From Alphaproteobacteria bacterium (GTDB lineage: Bacteria; Pseudomonadota; Alphaproteobacteria; SP197), in the NCBI GenBank assembly GCA_964291415.2, contig OZ219918.1, forward strand, positions 608,001 through 672,000: a stretch of 64,000 nt of DNA, written 5' to 3'. A model generated the notes under the pieces. The model was given only the letters and a program-made list of their open reading frames with translations. It was not told the origin of the DNA and did no database searches. Positions 1 through 9,530 of the stretch are shown here, piece after piece. How positions within the stretch are numbered: position 1 is the first letter of the stretch; every line of letters begins with the position of its first letter. Both the position numbers and the translations under genes were made by a program.

Positions 1-659
1 AGATACGAGAGCGCTCCCACGGTGATCAGCTTGTGGCCGAAGCGCAGGAAGGTCATGGCCGAAATCGGACGCAGCGCATTGGGGATGACGTGGCGCAGCA
101 GAATGAAGGTCCGCGTGCATCCGAGCACCTCGGCCGCCGCGATGTAGTCCCGCGACGAAATGTCGAGCGCGATGCCGCGCGCGAGACGGGCGAAGGGTGT
201 CCAGCCCACCAGCGTGAGGGCGAGAACCAGCGTGCCGAACCCGGGGCCGATGATGGCGATCAGGAAGAGCGCGACGATGATTTCGGGAAAGGAAATGAGG
301 ACATCGACGATACGCATCACGAACTCGTCGATGGCGCCGCCGACCCGTCCGCACCAGGCGCCGATCAGCGTGCCGATCGTGACCGACAGGAATAGTGTGA
401 GAGCCGCCACCACGACGGAGAACCGGCCCCCGTAGAGGAGACGCGCCCACAGATCGCGCCCGAGCTGGTCGTTGCCCAGCCAGTGGTCGCCGCCGGGTCC
501 CTGGAGGCGCATGGAGAGATCCTGGGCCACCGGATCGTGCAAGGAAATGACCGGTGCTGCGATGAGCAACAGGACCATCACGGTGCCGGAGAACAGGCCG
601 GCGATGAAGGTCCAGTGCTGGCGCATGATCCAGCGAACAATCCGCGTGACCATGGTCAT
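1..659 (-). CDS. Peptide/nickel ABC transporter permease, DppC/OppC-like (3' end runs off the window)
   Basis: Manual translation from ATG at 659, overlapping the upstream permease stop (ATGA): MTMVTRIVRW...HWLGNDQLGRDLWARLLYGGRFS...DYIAAAEVLG...LLRHVIPN; DppC N-terminal motif and EAA loop. Confidence 0.9.
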   Translation of the reverse strand, partial: MTMVTRIVRWIMRQHWTFIAGLFSGTVMVLLLIAAPVISLHDPVAQDLSMRLQGPGGDHWLGNDQLGRDLWARLLYGGRFSVVVAALTLFLSVTIGTLIGAWCGRVGGAIDEFVMRIVDVLISFPEIIVALFLIAIIGPGFGTLVLALTLVGWTPFARLARGIALDISSRDYIAAAEVLGCTRTFILLRHVIPNALRPISAMTFLRFGHKLITVGALSY

Positions 660-1603
660 CGAGCATCCCCGGAAACGGTGACGGTCGGATTGAGAACGCC
701 GTAGAGAACGTCGGCCGCCGTATTGATGATGATCGCAAGGCCGACGATGCAGATGATGCTCCCCTGGAGCATGGGCATGTCGTTGTTGATCACCGCCGAA
801 TAGATGAGGCGGCCCATGCCGGGAATGGCAAAGATGACCTCGACGACGACCGATCCGCCGAGCAGCCCGGCCAGCCACAGGGCGAAGACGGTCAGAACCG
901 GCTGGATGCCGTTTCTCAGGCCATGCCGAACCAGGGCGCCCGCGAGACCGAGGCCCCGGCTCCTGGCCGCCAGGATGTAGTGTGCATGGAGAACGTCGAT
1001 CATTGAGGCCCGCATGACCTGCGAGAAGTAGGCGAGCGGGCGCAGGCAGAGCACGGCGGCGGGGAGTATCAGCGTACTGAAGCCGGACCAGCCGGCGGAA
1101 GGAAGCCAGCCGAGTTCGACGGCAAACAGCAGGATCAGCACCGGCGCCAGCCAGTACTCGGGGATCGAGACAAACCCCTGGGCGATGAAGGTGACAATCC
1201 CGTCGAAGCGGCGTCCCTGGTGCACGGCGGCCAGCGTGCCGACGGGCAGGGCAATGGCCAGCGCCAGGAAAAGGGCGCTGAGAGCGAGGGTGGCCGACAC
1301 GCCGATGGCCCGCAGGATCTGGTCGGCCACGGGAAGCCGGCTGGTAAAGGAAAGACCGAGATCGCCCTGAAAGACACGGCCAAGCCACGCGAAGAACTGA
1401 TGCAGCAGCGGCTGGTCGAGGCCGAGCTTGATGCGCAACGCCTCGACCGCGGCGCTGTCGAGCGCCAGGTCCGCCACGCGCGAACGGATGATGGCGCGGG
1501 CAGGGTCCGTGTCACCGAGCCAGGGAACCAGGAAGGCGAGGAAGGAAACAAGTGTCAGCGTTACGACGAGGACAATCGCTCGCTTGAGCAAAAACCGTTC
1601 CAT
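656..1603 (-). CDS. Peptide/nickel ABC transporter permease, DppB/NikB-like
   Basis: ORF 656..1753 trimmed to MERFLLKR; motifs LGLDQPL, GDLGLSF, YILAARSRGL, VEVIFAIPGMGRL. Confidence 0.9.
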   Translation of the reverse strand: MERFLLKRAIVLVVTLTLVSFLAFLVPWLGDTDPARAIIRSRVADLALDSAAVEALRIKLGLDQPLLHQFFAWLGRVFQGDLGLSFTSRLPVADQILRAIGVSATLALSALFLALAIALPVGTLAAVHQGRRFDGIVTFIAQGFVSIPEYWLAPVLILLFAVELGWLPSAGWSGFSTLILPAAVLCLRPLAYFSQVMRASMIDVLHAHYILAARSRGLGLAGALVRHGLRNGIQPVLTVFALWLAGLLGGSVVVEVIFAIPGMGRLIYSAVINNDMPMLQGSIICIVGLAIIINTAADVLYGVLNPTVTVSGDAR

Positions 1604-1883
1604 GGACCAGGCCGGCAGGTTCGCCCGCCATGCTAGCACGGCCCAGTGCCCTGTCACCCACTGCCCAACCGTCAGGATGGTCCCTCTCGCTCCGGCCCCA
1701 CAGACACGGAATGGGCGCGAGCGGGACGAGACCGCGATGCATATCCGCGGCAAGCCCTCCGGCGCGGGTGGTCAGGCGAAGATATGGCTGGCCAGCAACA
1801 GAAACGTCGTCTTGGCAGTGGTCATGAATGGAATGGAGCAGCATGCTACACGTGTGGAGACCTTCAGGAACCGGCGAGGCAGC

Positions 1884-2150
1884 TTGGAACTTTCTATCCG
1901 TGATGCGAAAGCGCGCCTGTCCGAACTGGTCGCTGCGGCCCGCAACGGTGAACGGGTTGTCATCACCAGACACGGACGTCCGGCCGTCGAGTTGATACGT
2001 TGCGACCGGCGCGGCGGCATTGATTTCGGGAAGCTGCAGGCAGCGCGTCGACGGCTCGGCATCGAGGGTGATGGCGAGGGCTGGCCTGAGGAATTCAACA
2101 ATCCGGCCTTCAGCCGTCAGGTGCTGGGCCTTGATGCCGGCCAGGAGTGA
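1884..2150 (+). CDS. Phd/YefM family antitoxin
   Basis: TTG start; LELSIRDAKARLSELVAAARNGERVVITRHGRPAVEL matches the Phd/YefM N-terminus; directly upstream of a PIN gene. Confidence 0.85.
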   Translation: MELSIRDAKARLSELVAAARNGERVVITRHGRPAVELIRCDRRGGIDFGKLQAARRRLGIEGDGEGWPEEFNNPAFSRQVLGLDAGQE

Positions 2151-2155
2151 CGTCG

Positions 2156-2565
2156 ATGCGCATTCCTCTCGATACGTCCTGTCTGTTGACAGGCCGGGGT
2201 CGTTCCTGGGGCCTGAGTACCCGGTCCTGGCTTCACCAGAGACGGAGTTCCTTGTCAGTGCGGTGTCGATCCGGGAAATGCGGCTGAAGCACGGTGCCCG
2301 CCATCGATCCGGGATACCCAAGAGCCGCTTCTCACCAGAGGATGTGGTTGATGTGCCGGAGGACCAAGAGGTGACGTTCCTTCCCATGACCATGCGTCAT
2401 GCCGCGCGAGGGCTCAGGACGGAACTTGATCACAAGGATCCCTTCGACGAACTGCTGCTTGTTCAGGTTCAGGAGGAAGGTCTGAGGCCGTTGACATTCT
2501 GGGTCGTCCGTTCGCGGTTGCTGCACACGAGCTTGGGTGAATCGCACTCTCCGTCACTCGCATGA
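2156..2565 (+). pseudogene. vapC: VapC/PIN toxin, frameshifted near 2185, degenerate C-terminus
   Basis: ATG 2156 reads MRIPLDTSCL (PIN-type start); the body (VSAVSIREMRLK...HKDPFDELLLVQVQEEGL) is in another frame (ORF 2020..2565). Confidence 0.75.
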
Positions 2566-2719
2566 TCGATCCCGGATACGGCCTCTCGAACCTCCCCCCG
2601 GCCATATCGCGGGGCAGGGTTCCCTGGAATCGAAGGCCTGTGCCGGAGACGGTCGATGGCGAGGGCGCTTGTCTGGTCCTTGTCGCGACCACTTCGACCG
2701 AACACTCGCCACCAGAACG

Positions 2720-2753
2720 TTGACAGGAGTCATTTTTTGTAGTGACATAAATA
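2720..2753 (+). promoter_or_regulatory. Putative sigma70 promoter/operator of brnTA, possibly leaderless
   Basis: TTGACA at 2720-2725; AT-rich stretch with imperfect palindrome TGTAGTGACA (2738-2747) just before ATG 2754; no SD. Confidence 0.55.
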
Positions 2754-3026
2754 ATGCGGATCGAGTATGACCCCACCAAACGCAATACGACGCTTCATGA
2801 CCGCGGTCTCGACATGGCTGATGCAGGCGCCATATTCGATGGCCCCACGATCACCATCGAGGATGATCGCCGGGAATACGGTGAGACCCGGTACATCTCG
2901 GTTGGATTTCTTGTCGGCCGCATGGTTTTCGTGGCGTGGACTCTGCGTGGCGATGCTCGCCGAATCATCAGCTTGAGAAAGGCCAATACCCGTGAACAGG
3001 AAATCTACGCAAGCCGGCTGCGATGA
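2754..3026 (+). CDS. brnT: BrnT family ribonuclease toxin
   Basis: MRIEYDPTKR...RGLDM...DDRREYGETRYISVG...RIISLRKANTRE, typical BrnT motifs. Confidence 0.9.
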   Translation: MRIEYDPTKRNTTLHDRGLDMADAGAIFDGPTITIEDDRREYGETRYISVGFLVGRMVFVAWTLRGDARRIISLRKANTREQEIYASRLR

Positions 3027-3231
3027 TGATCTGCCGGATTTCAGTACCCCTGAGTGGCAGGCCAAGTTCGCCAGGGCCCCGGTGCGCCGCGGCCGCCCGA
3101 AGTCTGATGTGACGAAAGTTCAGACCACACTGCGACTTGATCCTGACGTCATTGCCGCCTTTCGCTCTGATGGGCCCGGCTGGCAAAGCCGTATCAACGA
3201 AGCGCTTCGAAAAGCTGCAGGCCTCCCCTGA
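2992..3231 (+). CDS. brnA: BrnA family antitoxin (DUF4415)
   Basis: RRGRPKS..KVQTTLRLDPDVIAAFRSDGPGWQSRINEALR; overlaps brnT. Confidence 0.9.
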   Translation: MNRKSTQAGCDDDLPDFSTPEWQAKFARAPVRRGRPKSDVTKVQTTLRLDPDVIAAFRSDGPGWQSRINEALRKAAGLP

Positions 3232-3415
3232 GGTACCGGAACTGCGATAGCTGTTGCCGCGAGAACAAGAGGCTACAGGCTGGCTTGGGCCTGTCGTGAG
3301 CCGCACCGGCCTTCCAGACTGGCTCCATCATCGGATCACGCGCACCTGAAAGCAGCGTCTCCGGTACCCATGCAGCAGACTCCTGCATGCAGCAAGTCGT
3401 GCCGGACTTCGCCGG

Positions 3416-4090
3416 TCACAGTCCGAGCAGGCCGGGAAGGTGGGTGATGTCGGGGATTTCGTGGTAGCCGAAAAAGGGAACGGACGGCTCGTAACCACGA
3501 TTGACATAGACCTTGTTGACGATGCGCATGTGGTGGCACGGCATCAGGTCGTAGTAGAGGCTGGCCGACACATGCAGGATCTCGTGCCGCTGGCAGCCGA
3601 GCTGGTCCAGCATGTATTCGAAAGCCGCAAAGCAGGGCTTGTAGCTCCTTGCCTGTTCCCCCGTGTATACGGCATGGAAGGGAGCGCCGAGCTTGTCGAC
3701 GTTGTGCTTGATCTGCTCGTCGTTTGCGTTCGAGAGAATGACAAGAGGGTAGGCCTCGGCGGTCCGGGCCAGAGCTTCCGGCACGTCGGGGTGCGGCCCC
3801 CAGGTGGGGACCGCATCCACGATCGCATCGGCTGTTTCGCTGTCATACGCCAAGTTCCAGAGATCACAGGTCCGCCGGAACGAGTCGGTGATCACCTGCG
3901 CATAGGACTTGAAGGTCCCCAGCACCTCGTCACCACGAAAGGCCTCGAAGTCGTCCAGGAACGTGCCCATGTCGGCTTCGTCCACGCGGTCCGCCATCAG
4001 CCCTGCGGTGACGTCGGACATCTGGAAGTGGGTCAATGTTCCATAGAGATCGAACGTGATGAACTTCGGCTTCAGGTGATCACCCGTCAT
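3416..4090 (-). CDS. Haloacid dehalogenase type II (HAD family hydrolase)
   Basis: KFITFDLYGTL (motif I), LSN, YKP, LHVSAS..YD; start trimmed to ATG 4090. Confidence 0.85.
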   Translation of the reverse strand: MTGDHLKPKFITFDLYGTLTHFQMSDVTAGLMADRVDEADMGTFLDDFEAFRGDEVLGTFKSYAQVITDSFRRTCDLWNLAYDSETADAIVDAVPTWGPHPDVPEALARTAEAYPLVILSNANDEQIKHNVDKLGAPFHAVYTGEQARSYKPCFAAFEYMLDQLGCQRHEILHVSASLYYDLMPCHHMRIVNKVYVNRGYEPSVPFFGYHEIPDITHLPGLLGL

Positions 4091-4121
4091 GTCGGTCTGC
4101 TCCTTGAACGTGCTCTGCGGG

Positions 4122-5651
4122 TCAGTTGAGTGCCAGGTCTCTGGTGAAAAGGTAATGGCCGTCGGGATGGACGGCATAGTTGGCCACATTCGAGCGGTGC
4201 CCGTCGCTGCCCTGCTGATGGACAAGGAAGACGGTCACGGCCCGGGACTGGAGCTCGCGGGCGATGTCCCTGTAGAGGGCATAGCGTTCCGCTTCGCTTT
4301 CCGCACTGCTCGCCTGGTCGACCATGGCGTCGATGTCAGGATCGCAGAAACGCGACAGGTTGTAGCCGCCTTCGCAGGTGTAGTCCGCCGTCAGGAAGCC
4401 GATGGGATCGGCCACATCGGAGAGATACCCCCGCGACAGCACCAACATGTCGAACTCGCCGCTCAAGAGGTCCGGTTCGAGGGCGCCGTAGTTCGCCACC
4501 TTCAGCTCCACGTTGATGCCGATGGCGCCGAGCTGTGCCTGGATGACCGCGGCAAGATCGGGCAGTTCGGCGCGCTCCACGTAGGCGTAGAGAACGAGAT
4601 TGAGGGACTCCGCATCGACTCCGGATTCGGCGATGAGCGCCCGGGCGCGCTCCACGTCCTGCGACACCGCCATGGCGTCCTCGGGAGCCCAGGGATCGTC
4701 AGGCCCGAAGGGGCCGACGGCCGCCTGGGCCGAGCCCTCGTAGATCGTCTGGGCGATGGCTGTCGAATCGATGGCGCTCTGGATGGCCTGGCGCACGGCC
4801 ATGTTGTCGAGCGGCGCCTTCTGGTTGTTGAGATAGAGGCTGTTGGTGCGCGCCTGGGCGACGGTCTGAATCATGACATCCGGTTCCGACTGCAATCCGA
4901 GAACCTCGGTGACCGGCAGGCGGGCCGAAACATGCGCCTCGCCGGTCCGCAGTTGTGTCGCCCGGCCGCTTCCTTCCGGAATGAACCGCATCTCGCCGCT
5001 TTCAAGCTGTGCGGGTCCGCCCCAGTAGGCGTCATGGCGCTCGAGCATCAGGGCCTGCTGGGGAACGTGCTCGACGATGTCGAACGGACCGATGCAATGA
5101 CCCACGGGGTCGACGGCGTCCCCGGCAAAGGCCGCCGGCGCCAGGAAGCCGGTGTTGGGGGACGACACGCGCATCGGTGTGAGAACGCTTGGATTGACGG
5201 ACTCAATTCTCACCGTCATGTCATCGACCACGGAGACCGACGCGATGCGCTTCGGCGCAAAGGCCCTCGGCGGTGCCGTTGCTGTCAGCATGCGGTTGAG
5301 GGACTCGGCGGCGACGGCGGCGGTGAAGGGTGTTCCGTCGCTGAACGTCACGCCCTGCCGTATCGTGAAATCCCACTCGGTGGGAGAGTGCCGCGTCCAG
5401 GATTCCGCCAGCGCCGGTTCCAGGGCGCCGTCAGCCGTGCGCCGTGTCAGCGATTCGACGCAACCGGCACGGGCCAGGATGTAGGCGTCATCGGTTTCCA
5501 TGGCCCACCCTGCCTGTGGCGCAAAGGCGTCCGTGGCGACGAGATGGAGGTGTCCGTCCGCCTGGCCAGGACCCTGCAACAGTACAAGAGACAGGAGTCC
5601 GGCGGCTCCCAGGGTGGCAAGGCGATTGGAACCGGTACGTCGAATGAACAT
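4122..5651 (-). CDS. ABC transporter substrate-binding protein, family 5 (peptide/nickel)
   Basis: Signal peptide; LEPALAESW, WDFTIRQGVTFSDGTPFTA, VRQAIQSAID; start could be as far as 5714. Confidence 0.9.
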   Translation of the reverse strand: MFIRRTGSNRLATLGAAGLLSLVLLQGPGQADGHLHLVATDAFAPQAGWAMETDDAYILARAGCVESLTRRTADGALEPALAESWTRHSPTEWDFTIRQGVTFSDGTPFTAAVAAESLNRMLTATAPPRAFAPKRIASVSVVDDMTVRIESVNPSVLTPMRVSSPNTGFLAPAAFAGDAVDPVGHCIGPFDIVEHVPQQALMLERHDAYWGGPAQLESGEMRFIPEGSGRATQLRTGEAHVSARLPVTEVLGLQSEPDVMIQTVAQARTNSLYLNNQKAPLDNMAVRQAIQSAIDSTAIAQTIYEGSAQAAVGPFGPDDPWAPEDAMAVSQDVERARALIAESGVDAESLNLVLYAYVERAELPDLAAVIQAQLGAIGINVELKVANYGALEPDLLSGEFDMLVLSRGYLSDVADPIGFLTADYTCEGGYNLSRFCDPDIDAMVDQASSAESEAERYALYRDIARELQSRAVTVFLVHQQGSDGHRSNVANYAVHPDGHYLFTRDLALN

Positions 5652-5814
5652 GGGAGTATGCCCCTTCATCATGCTTTGGTCGGTTGGATTGTATGGGAAG
5701 ATCCAATGGCTCATTGAGCAGCCGCGACGCGCTCCTTGTCAATCAGCATTCTCTCGTTGGCAAGGTTTCCGTCGGGTGATATGGCGTTGTTGCCGGAGTT
5801 GATGTGAAGAAATC

Positions 5815-6726
5815 GTGACCGAAGCAACTCACAGCCACGGCCATGCCCACGGCATTGCGGACATCGAGAAGAACGGCCGCATTCTGGGGCTGGCGGCGCT
5901 GCTGATCGGCAGCTTCATGATCGCCGAGTTTGTCGGCGGCCTGCTGTCGGGATCACTGGCGCTGCTGGCGGACGCCGGACACATGCTCTCGGACTTCGCC
6001 AGTCTGACCCTTGCCTGGTACGCCTTTCGCCTGTCGAGACGCAAGCCGACATCGCGAATGACCTATGGTGTCGATCGCATGCAGATACTGGTCGCTTTCG
6101 GCAACACGATGCTGATGGTCTTCCTGTGCGTCTGGATTGTCTCGGAAGCGGTCCATCGGATCATCGAGCCTGGAGCCATCCTGGGCGAGTTGATGCTCGT
6201 CATTGCCGCGATTGGCCTCGTCGTCAATATCCTTGCCCTTGTCATCATTTCCGGGGCCAACCGGGACAATCTGAACGTGCGTGGCGCCAGGCTCCACGTG
6301 ATGGGCGACCTCCTTGGGTCGCTGTCCGCCATCGCCGCTGCCGGGATCATCATGGTGACGGGATGGACGCTGGCCGATCCGCTTCTTTCCCTCGTCATTG
6401 TCGCCATCATCCTGAGGAACGCCTGGCCCGTGATGAAGGATTCCGCGCACATCCTGTTGGAGGGATCTCCGGTCCATCTCTCACGTCAGGACGTCGGGGA
6501 TGATCTCACCCGGCAAATCGACGAAGTCGTCGACATCCATCATGTCCACTTCTGGTCGATCACCCAGGCACGCACCATGGCGACCCTTCATGCCCGGGTG
6601 CGGGAGTCGGCAGTGCCGCACGACGTGATTTCCCGTATCAAGGAACGGTTGCACGACGGGTTCGGTATCGAACACACGACGGTCGAGATCGAGTACGATC
6701 ACTGCGCCGACGGAGACCGTCAGTAG
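5815..6726 (+). CDS. zitB: Cation diffusion facilitator (Zn/Co/Cd efflux, ZitB/CzcD)
   Basis: His-rich N-terminus; SLALLADAGHMLSD; HVMGDLLGS; DIHHVHFW; HTTVEIE. Confidence 0.9.
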   Translation: MTEATHSHGHAHGIADIEKNGRILGLAALLIGSFMIAEFVGGLLSGSLALLADAGHMLSDFASLTLAWYAFRLSRRKPTSRMTYGVDRMQILVAFGNTMLMVFLCVWIVSEAVHRIIEPGAILGELMLVIAAIGLVVNILALVIISGANRDNLNVRGARLHVMGDLLGSLSAIAAAGIIMVTGWTLADPLLSLVIVAIILRNAWPVMKDSAHILLEGSPVHLSRQDVGDDLTRQIDEVVDIHHVHFWSITQARTMATLHARVRESAVPHDVISRIKERLHDGFGIEHTTVEIEYDHCADGDRQ

Positions 6727-6862
6727 CACCCACTCCCGTCAGCAAGACGACGATACGGCGTCCAGTCTCGCCTCAATCAATTCCGTGGCATCCACGCGGC
6801 ATCAGGGGTGATGGCCCACCGTCATTGGCTCATCGAAACCGGCCCGGTTGCAGGAAACACCG

Positions 6863-7123
6863 TCAGCAGGCGCAGGGGTCGCAGTGGCAGTCGTCGCAAG
6901 CGCACCGCGGATTGCCACAGGCCCTGACGCCGAAGCCGCCGTCGCGGATGGCGCGATGGACAGCCTCCGCCTTCATGGTGGCATCGCCGGTGATGGATGC
7001 CGTTCCGTTCCCGTGATCGACCTCGGCCGACTCGACTCCCGTCTGAGACAGAACCATCGTTCTCACGGCATTCGAACAGCCCTCGCAGACCATGCCGGTG
7101 ACGTCGAATTCAAGGGTTGTCAT
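6863..7123 (-). CDS. HMA (CopZ-like) metal chaperone with C-terminal Cys-rich tail
   Basis: VTGMVCEGC HMA motif; ends CGNPRCACDDCHCDPCAC; overlaps the copA 3' end. Confidence 0.85.
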   Translation of the reverse strand: MTTLEFDVTGMVCEGCSNAVRTMVLSQTGVESAEVDHGNGTASITGDATMKAEAVHRAIRDGGFGVRACGNPRCACDDCHCDPCAC

Positions 7124-9530
7124 CGCGGATATCCTCCAGTTGCGGGCGCCAGCCCCGCAGGATCAGTGAATTGCTGACGACGCTCACGCTCGAGAGCGCC
7201 ATGGCGAGGGCGGCCAGAGACGGACTGAGGTGCCCCAGTGCCGCCAGGGGCAGGCCGATGACATTGTAGATGAAGGCCCAGAAGAGATTCTGCCTGATCT
7301 TGCGCCAGGTCCTTCGCGAGATGTCGATGGCGGCGGCCACCAGCCGGGGATCCGGACGCATGAGCGTGATGGCCGCCGTCTCCATGGCGACGTCCGTGCC
7401 CGACCCCATGGCCATGCCGACGGTGGCCCGGGCGAGGGCCGGCGCATCGTTGATGCCGTCCCCCACCATGCCGACCTTCCGGCCATCCTCCATGAGTTCG
7501 CCGATCAGGGCGACCTTGTCTTCCGGACGCACACGGCTGCGGAATTCGTCGATTCCCGTAGCGGCGGCGACACGCCGCGTGGCAGCCGGGGTGTCGCCCG
7601 ATGCAAGAAACGGCGTGATCCCCAGTCGCTTGAGGGCGTCGACGGCTGCGCCGGCACCGGGCCGCTGTGCATCGTCGACGACGAACCGGGCCAGCCAGGC
7701 ATCTCCGTCGTCGCGGCGGGCGCCGAGCCACACTCCGTCTTCATCGTCGGCGTCGACGGGGTCGGGTGCGGTGAAGCCGAGGGTATCGAACAGGCGTCGG
7801 TTTCCCGCGACATAGAGGGTGCCGTCCACGACGCCCTCCACGCCCAGGGCCACCCGGCTGGAAAAGTCACGCACCGGCTGCAGAGGGAGCCCGCGTTCCT
7901 CGGCAGCGGCGCGGAACGCTTCGGCGACCGGGTGTTCGCTTCCCTGCTGCAGGGAGGCCATGATCGCCAGGGCCGCGTCTTCATCGAGGTCGTCGCAGAG
8001 CAGCCGGACGGATCCCAGACTCGGCGTTCCGGAGGTGAGCGTGCCGGTCTTGTCGAGCACCATGTGCGTCAGCCCGTGTGCCTGCTCCAGGGCCTCGACA
8101 TCCTTGATGAGGATGCCGCCGCGCGTTGCCGCACCGGATCCGGTCATGATGGCCGTCGGTGTCGCCAGTCCCAGGGCGCATGGGCAGGCGATGACGAGGA
8201 CCGATACCGCATTGACGATGGCGACCTCGACACCGGCTCCCGCAGCAAGCCAGCCCAGAAAGGTGACGACCGCAATGGCGACCACGACGGGTACGAAGAC
8301 CCCGCATACCCTGTCCGCCAGGCGCTGAACGGCCGGCTTGCCGGCCTGGGCGTTCTCGACCAGGCGGATCATCCGGGCCAGGGTTGAATCGGCGCCGGTG
8401 GCCCGGGCCTCGATGGTCAGCAGGCCATCGATGTTGAGGGACCCGGCGACCACCGGGTCACCCTCGCGCCGGGAAACGGGCACGCTTTCACCGGTGACCA
8501 GCGATTCGTCCACCTCCGCCACGCCGCGCGTGACGATGCCGTCGGCAGCGACCTGCATGCCGGCGCGGCAGACGAGGCTGTCCCCCACCCTGATATCGCG
8601 CAGGGGCTTTTCGTGAACCGTGCCGTCTTCGGCTTCGACGAGAGCGGTTCGGGGCCTCAAAGCCAGCAGTTTCCTGATGGCCTGCGCCGCACCGCGCCGT
8701 GCCCTCATCTCCAGCTGCTTGCCGACGAGGACCAGGGTGATGATGATGGCCGAGGCCTCGAAATAGAGATGCCCGGACGCGGCATCGCCCAGCGTCGCGT
8801 ACTGGTACCAGCTGAAGAAGTAGGCGGCCGTGGTTCCCGTCACCACCAGCACCTCCATGTTCGCGCCGCCGCCACGCAGGGCGTTGAGGGCGCCACGATA
8901 GAACCGGGCGCCAATCACGAACTGCAGTGGCGTGGCGAGAAGGGCCTCGACGAGAGGAGGCATGGCCCAGCCCGTTGTCAGGACCTGGTGTGCCGCCATC
9001 TGCACGACAAACGGAGCGGAAAGCAGGACGGCTGCGCCGATGGCCAGGTACTGCCTGAGATCACGCCGGTCCTCGACCGCTTCTTCATCGCTGGAGGAAA
9101 GGACGCATCCGGCCTCCCTGGCGCGCTCCTCGAGGGTCTCGTCGCTCACGGCCAGGGCGTAGCGCTCCACCTCGATCAGTTCGCGCTCGTCGTCGATCGT
9201 CGCGGCCACGACGCCGGGCGTTCCCTCGAGCGTTTCCCGGATCACTCCGGCGGCGGCCCCGTCTGATGCCCCGGAAACGCGATAGGCCCGTGTTTCCTTC
9301 CGCGCATCAAACCCGGCCCGGCGCACCACCTGGATCACCGAATCAAGGGAGGTTCCGTCATCGATATCGACAGTGGCCCGTTCCGTGGCCAGGTTGACGG
9401 CGGCGGTGGCGATACCCGATGCCGCCGACAGCATCCGCTCCAGGCGGGTCGAACAGGCGCTGCAGGTCATGCCGTCGATGAGCAGCTGGTAGCGGTGTGT
9501 CCCGGTTCCGGCAAGCGACGGCGTTGTCAT
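7110..9530 (-). CDS. copA: Cu(I)-translocating P1B-type ATPase
   Basis: GMTCSAC, TGES, CPC, DKTGT, SEHP, GDGINDAP, YN, MALSS; start ATG 9530 coupled to the upstream stop. Confidence 0.93.
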   Translation of the reverse strand: MTTPSLAGTGTHRYQLLIDGMTCSACSTRLERMLSAASGIATAAVNLATERATVDIDDGTSLDSVIQVVRRAGFDARKETRAYRVSGASDGAAAGVIRETLEGTPGVVAATIDDERELIEVERYALAVSDETLEERAREAGCVLSSSDEEAVEDRRDLRQYLAIGAAVLLSAPFVVQMAAHQVLTTGWAMPPLVEALLATPLQFVIGARFYRGALNALRGGGANMEVLVVTGTTAAYFFSWYQYATLGDAASGHLYFEASAIIITLVLVGKQLEMRARRGAAQAIRKLLALRPRTALVEAEDGTVHEKPLRDIRVGDSLVCRAGMQVAADGIVTRGVAEVDESLVTGESVPVSRREGDPVVAGSLNIDGLLTIEARATGADSTLARMIRLVENAQAGKPAVQRLADRVCGVFVPVVVAIAVVTFLGWLAAGAGVEVAIVNAVSVLVIACPCALGLATPTAIMTGSGAATRGGILIKDVEALEQAHGLTHMVLDKTGTLTSGTPSLGSVRLLCDDLDEDAALAIMASLQQGSEHPVAEAFRAAAEERGLPLQPVRDFSSRVALGVEGVVDGTLYVAGNRRLFDTLGFTAPDPVDADDEDGVWLGARRDDGDAWLARFVVDDAQRPGAGAAVDALKRLGITPFLASGDTPAATRRVAAATGIDEFRSRVRPEDKVALIGELMEDGRKVGMVGDGINDAPALARATVGMAMGSGTDVAMETAAITLMRPDPRLVAAAIDISRRTWRKIRQNLFWAFIYNVIGLPLAALGHLSPSLAALAMALSSVSVVSNSLILRGWRPQLEDIRDDNP

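Noticed and set aside
3232-3368. 9-bp inverted repeat GGTACCGGA/TCCGGTACC as MITE ends
   Set aside because: Short, no target-site duplication and no second copy in the window; compatible with chance
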